A stretch of 64,000 nucleotides of DNA from an uncultured Candidatus Saccharibacteria bacterium (GTDB lineage Bacteria; Patescibacteriota; Minisyncoccia; Phycocordibacterales; PALSA-1337), in NCBI GenBank assembly GCA_964596595.1, contig CAZQUI010000001.1, positions 15,817-79,816 of the forward strand. Direction: 5' to 3'. The notes beneath the pieces are model-generated. The model worked only from the letters and a program-made list of their open reading frames with translations. It did not search any database and was not told where the DNA came from. How positions within the stretch are numbered: position 1 is the first letter of the stretch; each line of letters opens with the position of its first letter. The position numbers and the translations under genes are program-made. Of the stretch, positions 9,822 to 20,672 are shown piece after piece.

Positions 9822-11141
9822 TCAACTTAAGATCTTTTTGTTGAGATATTCAATAAGGTCAGTTTCTTTGATTCTTTCTTGCTTGCCCGTATCACGATCT
9901 CTCACGGTAACACCCTCTCCTTTTTCAATAGTTTCAAAATCGACGGTGATACAAAACGGCGTACCAATCTCATCCTGACGTCGATAACGTTTACCGATAT
10001 TGCCATTGTCGTCGAAAACAATAGCCGGAATTACTTTTTTTATTTGAGTAAAAATATCTTGAGCTTTTTTAACAAGTTCTGGTTTATTGCGCAAAAGTGG
10101 AAATACCGCCACTTTATATGGAGCAATCGATGGAGCTAATTTTAGATAAGTACGCTTTTCTCCACCTAAATCATCTTCAGTATAAGAATCTGTAAGTATC
10201 GCCAATACTGTGCGATCAACTCCAAATGATGGTTCTATGCAATGAGGAATAAAACGCTCTTTTGTTTCTTCATCATAATAAGAAAGATCTACTTTGCTAA
10301 ATTCTGAATGCTGCTTTAGGTCGAAATCAGTACGATAAGCAAGACCATAAAGCTCTTTTTTTCCAAAAGGATAATCAAACTCAAAATCAATAGTACGTTT
10401 AGAATAATGTGCCCTATCAGTATCAGCAACTTCTAATTCGTGTACTTTTGATTTACTAATACCAACATCAGCAATAAAAGAATGAACTTCATTGCGAAAA
10501 TGTTCAAAGACTTTTTCCCAATCTTTCGGATTAACAAAATATTCTATTTCCATTTGCTCAAATTCACGAGCTCTAAAAAGAAAATCTCTTGGTGCAATTT
10601 CATTACGAAAAGCTTTACCAATTTGAGCCATACCAAACGGTAGTTTTGGATGAAGTGAATCGAGGATGTTTTTAAAATTAACAAACATACCTTGCGCTGT
10701 CTCAGGACGTAGATATGAAATATTGGCGGTCTCTTCTCCAGCTCCGACATGAGTTTTAAACATCATGTTAAATTGTTTTGCTGCGCCAAGTTCCCCGCTA
10801 CAATCTGGACATTTTTTTTGATCCGAAAGCTGATCGGCCCGAAAACGATGTTTACATTTTTTGCATTCAACCAACGGATCGGCAAAACCAGAGACGTGGC
10901 CCGAGGCTTCCCAGGTCTTTTGATTCATGAGTATAGCTGCATCTACTCCGTAGATATCACTGCGGTTGTCTACAAATCTTTTCCACCAAGCATTCTTAAC
11001 ATTATTTTTAAGCATCAAACCCAAAGGCCCATAATCCCAGGTACCAGCCAAACCACCATAAATTTCTGATCCTTGAAAAATAAAGCCCCTTCTTTTGCAA
11101 AGCGAGACTAGAGACTCCATAACATCTTCATGTTTATTCAT
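9822..11141 (-). CDS. glyQS: Glycine--tRNA ligase (alpha2 type)
   Basis: YLRPETAQG, FRNEI, REFEQME, IGKRYRRQDEIGTP. Confidence 0.97.
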   Translation of the reverse strand: MNKHEDVMESLVSLCKRRGFIFQGSEIYGGLAGTWDYGPLGLMLKNNVKNAWWKRFVDNRSDIYGVDAAILMNQKTWEASGHVSGFADPLVECKKCKHRFRADQLSDQKKCPDCSGELGAAKQFNMMFKTHVGAGEETANISYLRPETAQGMFVNFKNILDSLHPKLPFGMAQIGKAFRNEIAPRDFLFRAREFEQMEIEYFVNPKDWEKVFEHFRNEVHSFIADVGISKSKVHELEVADTDRAHYSKRTIDFEFDYPFGKKELYGLAYRTDFDLKQHSEFSKVDLSYYDEETKERFIPHCIEPSFGVDRTVLAILTDSYTEDDLGGEKRTYLKLAPSIAPYKVAVFPLLRNKPELVKKAQDIFTQIKKVIPAIVFDDNGNIGKRYRRQDEIGTPFCITVDFETIEKGEGVTVRDRDTGKQERIKETDLIEYLNKKILS

Positions 11142-11165
11142 CTGGCCATTATATATAGGCTTTTA

Positions 11166-13106
11166 CTATCTTACAACCTTCTCATTACCCTCTTTATATG
11201 TAGGATCGGTACTAAAACGTGTAGTAATATAATCTTGCATACTCTCCAAAGTAACTCCCGTAAATTCATCCGTAGCAACCAAATGTGCTTCTTCAACTAT
11301 ATTTGGAGCTTGATCTACAAGATTAGCTCCTGGTTCAAAAGAAACCTGAAAAGCTACTTCTTTGCGACGATTTGAACCTGCAGTATTAGCACCGACACTA
11401 CCGATGTCCCAAGTAACCACTCCGGTATTATTATCATAAGTAACATTTTCAGTCGAAGGACTAACTTTTCCTAACCAGTCTACATTGTCAGGTAATGACG
11501 CTGTAACTTGAGCATTATTTATCGCATTATAAGCATTATCTACAGTCCAAATAACTGTATAAGTAGTTTTTTGATCAACTTTTGGTGGAATAGGTCCAGT
11601 ATTTGCAAATGGTCCAACAGTTCGAACCAGTCTTCCTGAGAGACTAATAGCTGACGCAACTTTAATATTTTTGACTGCAGCCGAAGCTAAAGTTTCAGGA
11701 ACATTTGATTCTTGAGTACGATTGCCGGAAATACCAACTTTAAGATTTATAAATGGATTTGTATTTGAATTTGGATTTTTATTTGTCGGAACAACAGTAA
11801 ACGATACGCGTCCACTTTTGCCAGCACCAACCGAAGCTAACTCAGGAATGGTAATTTGATTCCAAACAATCTCATCGTTGGATGAACGATACGTGCCCAA
11901 ATCTGGCTGAATTGTTTCCCTGTCATAAGCTGTACCAGAAAGCTTCGCCGTGATTTGCATATTAGAAATTGGTACGGATAAATTATTGAACCATTCAACA
12001 TTTATCCTTACAGATTCACCAAAACGAGCAGCGTACTCTTTTTCAGGCTCATCATTATTTGCAGATATTTGCACAGATACAAATGGTTTTTCTATAGCTA
12101 ACTCCCTATCTATAGAGGCATACTCTGTACCGATCTCATCATTACTCTTTGAACTCTGGGCACCGACTTTAAAATGAAAAACTCTAATGTCTGTATTTTC
12201 ACCCTCAACTACTCCTTTGATTGTAACCTTTCTAGTACCTCCAGGTGGAATATCACCTATCTTCCAAACTGCGTTATCTGATAACGGTTTTGGATCGGAT
12301 GAGCGGAAAGTAAATCCAAAAGGATATTCACTACGTAGTAAAACATTTTTAAGAGTTTCCGAAGAATTCGATTTGAGTTCAATTTTAAATTCAAAATCTT
12401 GTCCAGAAGTTACTTCTGTAAAAGAAGAAACTTCCATACTTATCGGTGAAGAACTTATTAAAACATCGTAACTTCTAGTCTTTGTAAAAACTGACGAGGA
12501 ACCTTTTACGGAATAAGTAACCGTTACTTCTATTTGTTTTTGAATGTTTTCTTCTCCGAAAATAATAGCGCTAACTTTTTTATCTGCAGATTTACCCGCT
12601 GGTATATCTCCCACTAATTCTCTATAAGATCTCATCTCTTTATTTTGATCAGAAGGATCTACAGTTCCATCTGGAAATTCCAATGAAAGATCGACCGCTT
12701 CTAAATCGATGTTATTTTTATTTGAAACTCTAACATCAAAATTAATTGGTTCCCCGCCAGAAACTGAAACCGGTCCATTGATTACTATGTCTATATTGTC
12801 TGCTGAAATTAGATTTGCTCCACGGAAAAATAAAAATGCTCCTAAACTAATAGACAATAAACAAAAGATAGCAGATGCTACTAAAAATTTACTAAAAAAA
12901 GACATTGGTAAATATTCTTTATATTCTTCATTTAAAGTAACAGGCTCTATAGGTTCTTCTTCTTTACGATCCCAAGACTTTTTGATATCAGAACTTTTCT
13001 CAAAAAAACGTAATTTGCGGCGCGTTCGAACATCAGGCGCTGATCTAGAGTATAGCGACTTTTGAAGCTCATCAATGCGACTTTCATCATCAGATGGCAT
13101 TAGCAT
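11166..13106 (-). CDS. Single-pass membrane protein with large beta-rich (Ig-like/DUF11-like) extracellular region
   Basis: One TM near aa 70-95, repeated beta-strand patterns (V.V.N, W.IG). Confidence 0.7.
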   Translation of the reverse strand: MLMPSDDESRIDELQKSLYSRSAPDVRTRRKLRFFEKSSDIKKSWDRKEEEPIEPVTLNEEYKEYLPMSFFSKFLVASAIFCLLSISLGAFLFFRGANLISADNIDIVINGPVSVSGGEPINFDVRVSNKNNIDLEAVDLSLEFPDGTVDPSDQNKEMRSYRELVGDIPAGKSADKKVSAIIFGEENIQKQIEVTVTYSVKGSSSVFTKTRSYDVLISSSPISMEVSSFTEVTSGQDFEFKIELKSNSSETLKNVLLRSEYPFGFTFRSSDPKPLSDNAVWKIGDIPPGGTRKVTIKGVVEGENTDIRVFHFKVGAQSSKSNDEIGTEYASIDRELAIEKPFVSVQISANNDEPEKEYAARFGESVRINVEWFNNLSVPISNMQITAKLSGTAYDRETIQPDLGTYRSSNDEIVWNQITIPELASVGAGKSGRVSFTVVPTNKNPNSNTNPFINLKVGISGNRTQESNVPETLASAAVKNIKVASAISLSGRLVRTVGPFANTGPIPPKVDQKTTYTVIWTVDNAYNAINNAQVTASLPDNVDWLGKVSPSTENVTYDNNTGVVTWDIGSVGANTAGSNRRKEVAFQVSFEPGANLVDQAPNIVEEAHLVATDEFTGVTLESMQDYITTRFSTDPTYKEGNEKVVR

Positions 13107-13118
13107 TAGTTTAACATA

Positions 13119-13700
13119 TTATAAATGTGAAGCCTGCAAAGAAGAATTAATAATCCCGTTAATTTTTAATCTCGAAACTGACATACTTGCCAAAATTTCT
13201 TCGGAAAGATTATTAGAGATTACAAACGGTCGAACTATTTCACTATCTCCAACATATCCTAAAAGATTTAAAATTCGTAAAGCGGTCAACGACTCTAATT
13301 CTGGTAATTTTTCTTTTGAAAGATTGCTTATATATTTAAATGTTGAATACAAACAATCAAAAAGTTCCGGATGCGGCTCTTCCCCATGAAGTAAGCGCCT
13401 TAATAAATTTGCCATTCTGATATTTAATAAAATTTCCTGTTTAAAATTATCATTAGGCTGCGAATATTCTAAAGCTTGAGCATTTGTGAGTCGCCAAAAC
13501 TCCTTACCTTTAACCAAAGAAAATATTCCAAAAGCATAATCTTTTACATGATAACGAAGTTTTGATTTTTCAAAACGTATACCCTGCGCCACAACAGTTA
13601 CTAAACCCAGATCACGAGTAAATACAGACAGGATTTTTCCTGCTTCAGCAAATGGGCGTGAACTGATAATAAAACCTGATGTAGTGGTGATGCTGTACAT
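13119..13700 (-). CDS. recO: DNA repair protein RecO
   Basis: EA.KI..FTRDLG.V.V.AQG.R..KSKL N-terminal OB motif. Confidence 0.85.
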   Translation of the reverse strand: MYSITTTSGFIISSRPFAEAGKILSVFTRDLGLVTVVAQGIRFEKSKLRYHVKDYAFGIFSLVKGKEFWRLTNAQALEYSQPNDNFKQEILLNIRMANLLRRLLHGEEPHPELFDCLYSTFKYISNLSKEKLPELESLTALRILNLLGYVGDSEIVRPFVISNNLSEEILASMSVSRLKINGIINSSLQASHL

Positions 13701-13726
13701 AGGTATAAGTAATAGCTAGACCTACC

Positions 13727-16700
13727 CTAGCTATTAACATCAAAAGTATCACCAAAATTAATAGCTGATAGCCCGGTGGTCTTCTTTATTTCTGCTTCAA
13801 ATTTTGAGGCTAGATTTTTCATATCTACCGGTAAGGTCAATACTGCAACATCCTGAACTGATAAGTTTTTTTCCTTACGCATATCTTGAATTTTTCTCAT
13901 AAGTTCACGCAGATCACCCTCTTCTTTTAATTCAGGTGTGATATTCGTATCAAGTAAAACATCTGTTGAAATAAGAATATCTGAAACAACATTTTTAACA
14001 TTTACTTCATCTTGAATAAGTTTTATCAACTCAATATTATTAATTTTCATTTCTCTGACTTTCAAGGTTGCCAAAGGTTGCCTAACATTTATTTTTACTT
14101 TCATACGAGCCTCCAAGCCAAGTGAGGCTATTTTTCTAACACTTTCCATATCTTTTAATAATTCCTGATCTACAACGCCTCCTTTTGGCCAATCTTCAAG
14201 ATGCACACTCTCCTTTTCACCACCAACTTCTTTGTATAAATATTCAGCAAAAAATGGTACAAATGGTGCCAAAATTTTTGCTAATGTAACTAAAACATAT
14301 TTAGTAGTTATCATTGCATCCACAGAATCTTCCGCACCGACTTTAAATCTATCTCTTGAACGACGCAAATACCACTGAGAGAGATCTGCAACAAAATCTC
14401 TTATTGCTCTTGTTGGTTCTAACAAATTATAAGAATCAAGTCCTTTTTTTACATCTTCATTGAGTTGATTAAGTTTGGATATAATCCATTGATCAAGAAC
14501 ATGTTGTGATTCGGTGTTTGATTTTTGATTTTTAATTTTTGACGTATCTTCATATGTCTTATAAAAAGAATTTACGTTCACAATTAAATTGAAAACTTTT
14601 TTAACTACTTCATCAACTGTTTTCTCATCGAAGTTTTTAGATTCTCCTGGCTGATTAACCGAATACATCCAAAACCTAAGAGCATCAGCACCGTATTTGT
14701 CCATCATGTTCCAAGGATTAACGACATTACCAATAGATTTACTCATCTTCTTGCCTTCAGCATCCAAAATATGACCAAGGCAAATAACATTTTTATAAGC
14801 TTTACCTTTGCCCATAAGTACACCAATTGCATGTAACGTATAAAACCAACCTCTCGTTTGATCTATAGCCTCGGAAATAAAATCAGCTGGATAATGAGTA
14901 GCTTTTGTAAGCAGACCACCATCTATCTCTTTTTTATTTTCAAAAGGATAATGATCTTGTGCAAAAGGCATGGCTCCACTATCAAACCAAACATCCATAA
15001 CTTCCTTTACACGTTTCATCTCTCCTCCACATTTACAAGGAAGTTTTACATCATCTATATAAGGACGATGAAGGTCTAGCTCATATTCATGATTATGAGG
15101 AATAATTGAAAAATCCAACTCTCGAATCTGAGCATTTTTGATAAAGTCCACATCATCACGCATGTGCATAGACTGGGAACGATTCCAACCTTTTGCTGCT
15201 GCAAAAAGAAGAAAGGCTGGAGTTTCGTGAGTAACTATCAGAATAGTTTTATCTTGATATTTTTGTTCAATGTCATACAGAAAATCTCCCATGCGCTTCT
15301 TGATATCAGAAAATGTTTCTCCTCCACCTTCTGGAGCCAGCGTAAAACGATCGTGACCTTTGAAGCCTTTTACAAAATCAGTAACTGGACGACCGTCCCA
15401 AGTACCAGTACCAAGTTCACTAATACGCGCATCTACGTGAACCAATTCTTGAGGAATAGATAATTTTTCCGTCAAAATTGCTGCTGTTTCTTTTGTTCGA
15501 ACAAATGGCGAAACAAAAACTAGATCAAATTTTTGTTTACGTAAAGATTCTGCGGCCAAAGCAACTTGCTCTCGACCTTTATCCGTAAGATGGTGTGGAA
15601 CCTCAGGTTTTCCAGACAATATACCTTTTACATTATTTTCTGCTTCACCATGACGAATGACAAAATACTTATTACGTGGACTCTTGGAAACATCAGCTAC
15701 CGAACCGACTACTTTTTTGTTTTTACAAACTTCACAAACCCATACCGGCAAAGGTGTTCCCCAATATCGTTCACGCGATATAGCCCAGTCTTTGACCTCA
15801 CGTAACCATTCTCCAAAACGACCTTCTTTAATATGAAATGGTTCCCAATTGATAGTCTCATTTTCTTTGACTAACTTATGTCTCAAATCTGACATCTTGA
15901 TATACCAAGAATCTCGAGCAAAATAAATAAGTGGGGTTTTGCAGCGCCAACAATGCGGATAACTATGTTCATGTTTTTCTTTATGAAAAAGCAAACTACC
16001 CTGCGGACGATTGGCTAAATCTTTTATGACTTCTACTGAAACTGCTTCATCTTTAACAAATTTTCCAGCTAAAAAACCGGCTTCTTGTTTGAAAGTTCCA
16101 TCATCATTTACTAAATGATATTTTGGTAAGCCAACTTTTGTTCCCAGGGTAAAATCGTCTTGACCATACATAGGGGCAATATGAACAATCCCTGTACCGT
16201 CAGCAGTATTTACAAAGTCTGCGGCATAAACCTTGAAAGCTTGTGCCAGCTTTTCTTTTTCTGAACCACTAACATTATCTTTCAAAAATGGATACAGGGG
16301 TTCATATTCGAGACCGACAAGGTCTTCCCCTATAACATCCTTCCATTCGGGACCTGGATATTTATGTGATAAATCCTTAGCTACGATTATATTTTCCCCC
16401 GCCCATTTCGAAATTCTATATTCAATTTTCGGATTAATTGCAAGCGCAGCATTCCCTGGTAATGTCCAAGGTGTAGTTGTCCATGCAAGTAAAAATACAT
16501 CTCCTGCCACCCCGATTTTTTCGGAATTTTTAACTTTGAATTTTACATAAACAGAGAGATCTTTGACTGTCTGATAACCTTGAGCCAATTCATGAGAAGA
16601 TAGACCGGTGCCACATCTCGGACACCACGGTACTACTTTGTAATCTTTGTACAAAAGACCATCGTTATCGACTTTGTGAATAATATGCCAAAGAGATTCA

Positions 16701-17188
16701 ATGTAATCTGGTTTATAAGTTACATAAGGATCCTTGAGATCTACCCAATAACCCATACGACCTGTAAATTTTTCCCACTCTTTTACATATTTCCAAACAC
16801 TGTCTTTGCATTTTTCATTGAATTTCTCTATGCCATAAACTTCAATTTCTTTTTTAGATTTAAGACCGAGCTCTTTCTCTACCTGCAGCTCAACAGGCAA
16901 ACCATGAGTATCCCAACCTCCCTTTCGACTTACATGAAATCCTTGCATGGTTTTGTAACGAGGAATAGCATCTTTGAAGGCGCGAGCTTCGAGATGGTGA
17001 ATACCTGGTAAACCATTGGCAGTTGGAGGTCCTTCATAAAACACAAACTCTTTACCAGTATCAGCATTTTTGTGTAGGGTTTTTTTGAAAATACCCTCTT
17101 TATTCCAATACTCCAAAATAACCTCCTCACGTAGAGCATGAGAAGACTTATCTATCTTTTTTTCATTTAAATCCTTTTGATCAGCCAT
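13727..17188 (-). CDS. ileS: Isoleucine--tRNA ligase with inserted histidine-phosphatase domain
   Basis: GPPTANG, GWDTHGLP, WTTTPWTLP, DWAISR, DQTRGWF, KMSKS; insert carries RHGE. Confidence 0.95.
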   Translation of the reverse strand: MADQKDLNEKKIDKSSHALREEVILEYWNKEGIFKKTLHKNADTGKEFVFYEGPPTANGLPGIHHLEARAFKDAIPRYKTMQGFHVSRKGGWDTHGLPVELQVEKELGLKSKKEIEVYGIEKFNEKCKDSVWKYVKEWEKFTGRMGYWVDLKDPYVTYKPDYIESLWHIIHKVDNDGLLYKDYKVVPWCPRCGTGLSSHELAQGYQTVKDLSVYVKFKVKNSEKIGVAGDVFLLAWTTTPWTLPGNAALAINPKIEYRISKWAGENIIVAKDLSHKYPGPEWKDVIGEDLVGLEYEPLYPFLKDNVSGSEKEKLAQAFKVYAADFVNTADGTGIVHIAPMYGQDDFTLGTKVGLPKYHLVNDDGTFKQEAGFLAGKFVKDEAVSVEVIKDLANRPQGSLLFHKEKHEHSYPHCWRCKTPLIYFARDSWYIKMSDLRHKLVKENETINWEPFHIKEGRFGEWLREVKDWAISRERYWGTPLPVWVCEVCKNKKVVGSVADVSKSPRNKYFVIRHGEAENNVKGILSGKPEVPHHLTDKGREQVALAAESLRKQKFDLVFVSPFVRTKETAAILTEKLSIPQELVHVDARISELGTGTWDGRPVTDFVKGFKGHDRFTLAPEGGGETFSDIKKRMGDFLYDIEQKYQDKTILIVTHETPAFLLFAAAKGWNRSQSMHMRDDVDFIKNAQIRELDFSIIPHNHEYELDLHRPYIDDVKLPCKCGGEMKRVKEVMDVWFDSGAMPFAQDHYPFENKKEIDGGLLTKATHYPADFISEAIDQTRGWFYTLHAIGVLMGKGKAYKNVICLGHILDAEGKKMSKSIGNVVNPWNMMDKYGADALRFWMYSVNQPGESKNFDEKTVDEVVKKVFNLIVNVNSFYKTYEDTSKIKNQKSNTESQHVLDQWIISKLNQLNEDVKKGLDSYNLLEPTRAIRDFVADLSQWYLRRSRDRFKVGAEDSVDAMITTKYVLVTLAKILAPFVPFFAEYLYKEVGGEKESVHLEDWPKGGVVDQELLKDMESVRKIASLGLEARMKVKINVRQPLATLKVREMKINNIELIKLIQDEVNVKNVVSDILISTDVLLDTNITPELKEEGDLRELMRKIQDMRKEKNLSVQDVAVLTLPVDMKNLASKFEAEIKKTTGLSAINFGDTFDVNS

Positions 17189-17246
17189 TTATATAAAGTA
17201 GAGCTATTTTAGCATATTGGCAAGGTTGTACCTCCCTGAAGCTTTT

Positions 17247-18995
17247 TTACATCTTTTGAGGAATTTTTATTCCCAACACCCACAAACCATTATTCATAAC
17301 AGTAACAAATGATTGAGTAACTGCTACTCGATACAAAGACAGAGGATCATTTTTATCAACAATAACCTGTGCAGCGTAGAAACTATTAAAAGCTCCCGCC
17401 AAAGCAATCAGATAACTAGCCAAGTGCTGTGGAGCAAATTCTCGACGAGCACGAGTAACCATATCAGGAAAACGAGATATTAATTTTTCCAGCTGAGATA
17501 TAGAAGCCTGACCTTCAAAATAAGAATTCAAAATCGAAGCGTCTATAATCAAACCTTCAGCTTTTGCTTTTTCCAAAACAGCCTTGGCTCGCACCACTGC
17601 ATATTGAAGGTAAGGACCAGAATCCCCTTCAAAAGATATAGACTTGGCCGAATCAAAGATAACATCACTACCAATAGACTGACGTAAGATTGTATATTTA
17701 ATTGCCCCAATAGCAATTATGTCTGATATTTCTTCCACTTCTTCTGAAGTAAAGTCCCGCGTAGCAATTTTTTCTTTAACTAAATTTTTTATCTCCGCAA
17801 TCAAAGATTCTGCTGAAACAATATTTCCTTTTCGAGAAGACATTTTACCGTCAGTTCTCCTTAGAATTCCATGACTCATATGCTTCGTCTTATCTCCCAC
17901 TAAAGGATTAATCAAAGAAAAAACTTTAAGTAAAACTTTAAAATAATCACTTTGCTCATTGGCAGTGACTATAATTGAGCGATCGAGCTTTGGATATAAT
18001 TTGAACTTTTCAGTATTGAGACCGAGTTCTTTGGTCTCATAAGTAGGTAAACCATTTGAGGTAATAAAGACACGGGTATGCACACCATGATCATCACCTT
18101 TAAAAATAACTGCTCCTTCACTTTCCTGAAACACACCCTTAGGTAAAAATTCTTTAACTATCTTTACACCAACATCAGCAACTTCACTTTCAAAAAAGAA
18201 ATTGTTAAATTTTGTGCCGAGAAGTCTATAGATTTCATCAAAATATTCCAAACTCCATTTTCTTCCTTCTTCATATATCAAATTTATCTCTGGGTCTGAT
18301 TTCTCAAAGACTTTCTTATTAATAACATTTATTTCTTTTTGAGCCTCAGGATTTTCTTCATAAGCATTTGATCCTACAACATACATTTCCCCCAAATAAT
18401 TCACCCCTTCTTTTGTTGTATTAAATTTTTGATCCTTGATTTTTGATCCTTGATCTTGTGTTATGGCCCAGATCGTTTTTGCCACATGTAAACCAACATC
18501 ACCCTGATAACAAGCTCTTACGACATCTGCTCCACCCGATTGAACTAACCTGGAAATAGATTCACCTACCGTGTTAGCCATGAGGTGACCGATATGAAAA
18601 ACTTTAAAAGGATTTGGGTCGGTATACTCAACCATCACCTGTTTACCTTTATCTTCATCTACCCAACCATATTCCCCATCACTGCCAGCAACATCCACAA
18701 TCTTTTTTACAAAGATAAAATTTTTTATTTTGAAATTGATAAAACCAGGACCAGCAACACTGACTGATTCAATAAATTGAGGTAAATCTTTTTTAAATTC
18801 TTCAACAATATTTTCGGCCAAAGCTTTTGGATTACTACCGACCTGTTTGGCATATATAAGAGCCACGTTGGTAGAATAATCTCCATGCTCAGGATTTTCT
18901 GGGTATTCAAGGCGAATAGACAAAGGATCCAGTGCAAGTCCTACTCTTGTCACAACAGAAATAATATTTTTATTTAATTCTTCAATAAGATTCAT
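17247..18995 (-). CDS. argS: Arginine--tRNA ligase
   Basis: HGDYSTN, GPGFIN, HIGH, KMSSRKG, GPYLQYA. Confidence 0.96.
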   Translation of the reverse strand: MNLIEELNKNIISVVTRVGLALDPLSIRLEYPENPEHGDYSTNVALIYAKQVGSNPKALAENIVEEFKKDLPQFIESVSVAGPGFINFKIKNFIFVKKIVDVAGSDGEYGWVDEDKGKQVMVEYTDPNPFKVFHIGHLMANTVGESISRLVQSGGADVVRACYQGDVGLHVAKTIWAITQDQGSKIKDQKFNTTKEGVNYLGEMYVVGSNAYEENPEAQKEINVINKKVFEKSDPEINLIYEEGRKWSLEYFDEIYRLLGTKFNNFFFESEVADVGVKIVKEFLPKGVFQESEGAVIFKGDDHGVHTRVFITSNGLPTYETKELGLNTEKFKLYPKLDRSIIVTANEQSDYFKVLLKVFSLINPLVGDKTKHMSHGILRRTDGKMSSRKGNIVSAESLIAEIKNLVKEKIATRDFTSEEVEEISDIIAIGAIKYTILRQSIGSDVIFDSAKSISFEGDSGPYLQYAVVRAKAVLEKAKAEGLIIDASILNSYFEGQASISQLEKLISRFPDMVTRARREFAPQHLASYLIALAGAFNSFYAAQVIVDKNDPLSLYRVAVTQSFVTVMNNGLWVLGIKIPQKM

Positions 18996-18999
18996 AATT

Positions 19000-20199
19000 T
19001 TATTTTCTCAAGACCTTGTCTATCATCTGGGCAATTTTTCTAAAATCTTTTTCTTTTTTACCTCTCGTAGTTTCGGCTGCTGTACCCAAACGAATACCTG
19101 ACGGATCTACAGCGCTTCTTGTATCTCCTGGAATAGCGTTTTTATTAACAATAATTCCAACTTTTTCCAGACGATCACTCGCTTCTTTACCAGAAATACC
19201 TTGCCCATTCATCCACGTATCCATAAGTATGAGATGACTATCAGTACCACCGGAAATAATTTTCCAACCTAATTTTTTAAGTTCATCTGCAAACGCTGCT
19301 GCATTTTTTATAACCTGATGGGCGTATTTTTTGAAAGCCGGAGTCGCCGCTTCCTTGAGCGCCACCGCTACTGCTGCAATCTGATTGATATGCGGACCAC
19401 CTTGTAAACCAGGAAATACCGCTTTGTCTATCAATTCTCCGAAAGTTTGTTCCACCCCTTTGGTATTGGTAACTTTTTTATCATTTCGAGAAAAAATAAG
19501 TGCACTCCGTGGACCACGAAGAGTTTTGTGTACAGTGGTAGTCACAACGTCTGCATATTCAAATGGTGAAGGATAAACTTTTCCTGCAACTAAGCCTGCA
19601 ATGTGAGACATATCTACCATAAATATTGCTCCGCAAGCATGAGCAATTTCACTTAATTTTTTAAAATCTACTTTTCTCGGATATGCCGTAAATCCACCAA
19701 CGATGATATTTGGTTTTTCGGCTAGAGCTTTTATTTTTAAATTTTCATAATCGATAATCTCTGATTTTGAATCAACTCCAAAAGGTACTTGTACCCAAGC
19801 CTTACCAGTCATGGAAACTTTGTGACCGTGAGTAAGATGGCCACCATGATCCAAAGACATACCCATAATCTTTCCCCCCAGAGGAACGAGAGCTAAATAA
19901 ACTGCTAAGTTTGCAGGTGATCCAGAAAGTGCTTGGACATTTACGTGCCACCTTGAAGAATTTAAATTGAAAAGTTTTAATGCCCTCTCGATAGTCAAAG
20001 ACTCGATTTTATCAACCATTTCGTTTCCACCATAGTATCTCTTTTTCGGATAACCTTCAGCGTATTTATTGGTTAATTCTGAACCAAGAGCCTCTAAAAC
20101 ATCTTTAGAAACAATATTTTCTGAAGCAATTAAATTTATAACCTTTTTTTGACGCTTATTTTCGGCCTCTATAAGTTTTTTGATTTGCACGTCTTTCAT
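19000..20199 (-). CDS. glyA: Serine hydroxymethyltransferase
   Basis: LIASEN, NKYAEGYP, GGHLTHG, TTVHKTLRGPR; start moved to ATG 20199 (MKDVQ) behind TACAAT. Confidence 0.97.
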   Translation of the reverse strand: MKDVQIKKLIEAENKRQKKVINLIASENIVSKDVLEALGSELTNKYAEGYPKKRYYGGNEMVDKIESLTIERALKLFNLNSSRWHVNVQALSGSPANLAVYLALVPLGGKIMGMSLDHGGHLTHGHKVSMTGKAWVQVPFGVDSKSEIIDYENLKIKALAEKPNIIVGGFTAYPRKVDFKKLSEIAHACGAIFMVDMSHIAGLVAGKVYPSPFEYADVVTTTVHKTLRGPRSALIFSRNDKKVTNTKGVEQTFGELIDKAVFPGLQGGPHINQIAAVAVALKEAATPAFKKYAHQVIKNAAAFADELKKLGWKIISGGTDSHLILMDTWMNGQGISGKEASDRLEKVGIIVNKNAIPGDTRSAVDPSGIRLGTAAETTRGKKEKDFRKIAQMIDKVLRK

Positions 20200-20245
20200 A
20201 AGATCGATTGTATCATAATTATGAGCAGCATGACCTATTTTATAT

Positions 20246-20547
20246 AAAAATCCCGCCACACCATAAAATGATGTGACGGGATCGCGCATGGGACCGAAAA
20301 TGCACAATCGGTCTCAAAAAAGAAAGAGATAGGGACAAAAAAGCACCTAGTTGGTTTTTGTCATCAGGGCCAGCCGGTTAGCTCTTAAGACCCTATCTCA
20401 AACTCAAAGAACAAATATAAATGGAGGCCGAAGCCTTTGGTGATAGATATCATCATCAATCGCCTCTTCAATACAAGGAAGGAGCTTGAACCTCCGAGAC
20501 GGGGACAATGAACCCTCACGAGACTCCGACCTCCAAAATTTAAACTA
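20246..20547 (-). ncRNA. Candidate structured non-coding RNA
   Basis: TTGACT-N17-TATATT promoter (20582-20554), three long-range stems, terminator hairpin 20250-20282. Confidence 0.45.
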
Positions 20548-20672
20548 AAGTGAAATATAGTACACAATACACATAAAGTCAACAGATTATGCACAGTTTT
20601 ATGCACATATAATAAAATTAGGTCTAGGCCTACCCTTGTAATTGTACAAGAATAAGCCTCGCCCCTTAGCTC

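Noticed and set aside
20385-20606. 73-aa ORF
   Set aside because: Starts upstream of the predicted promoter, has no recognisable features, and the region is better explained as structured RNA
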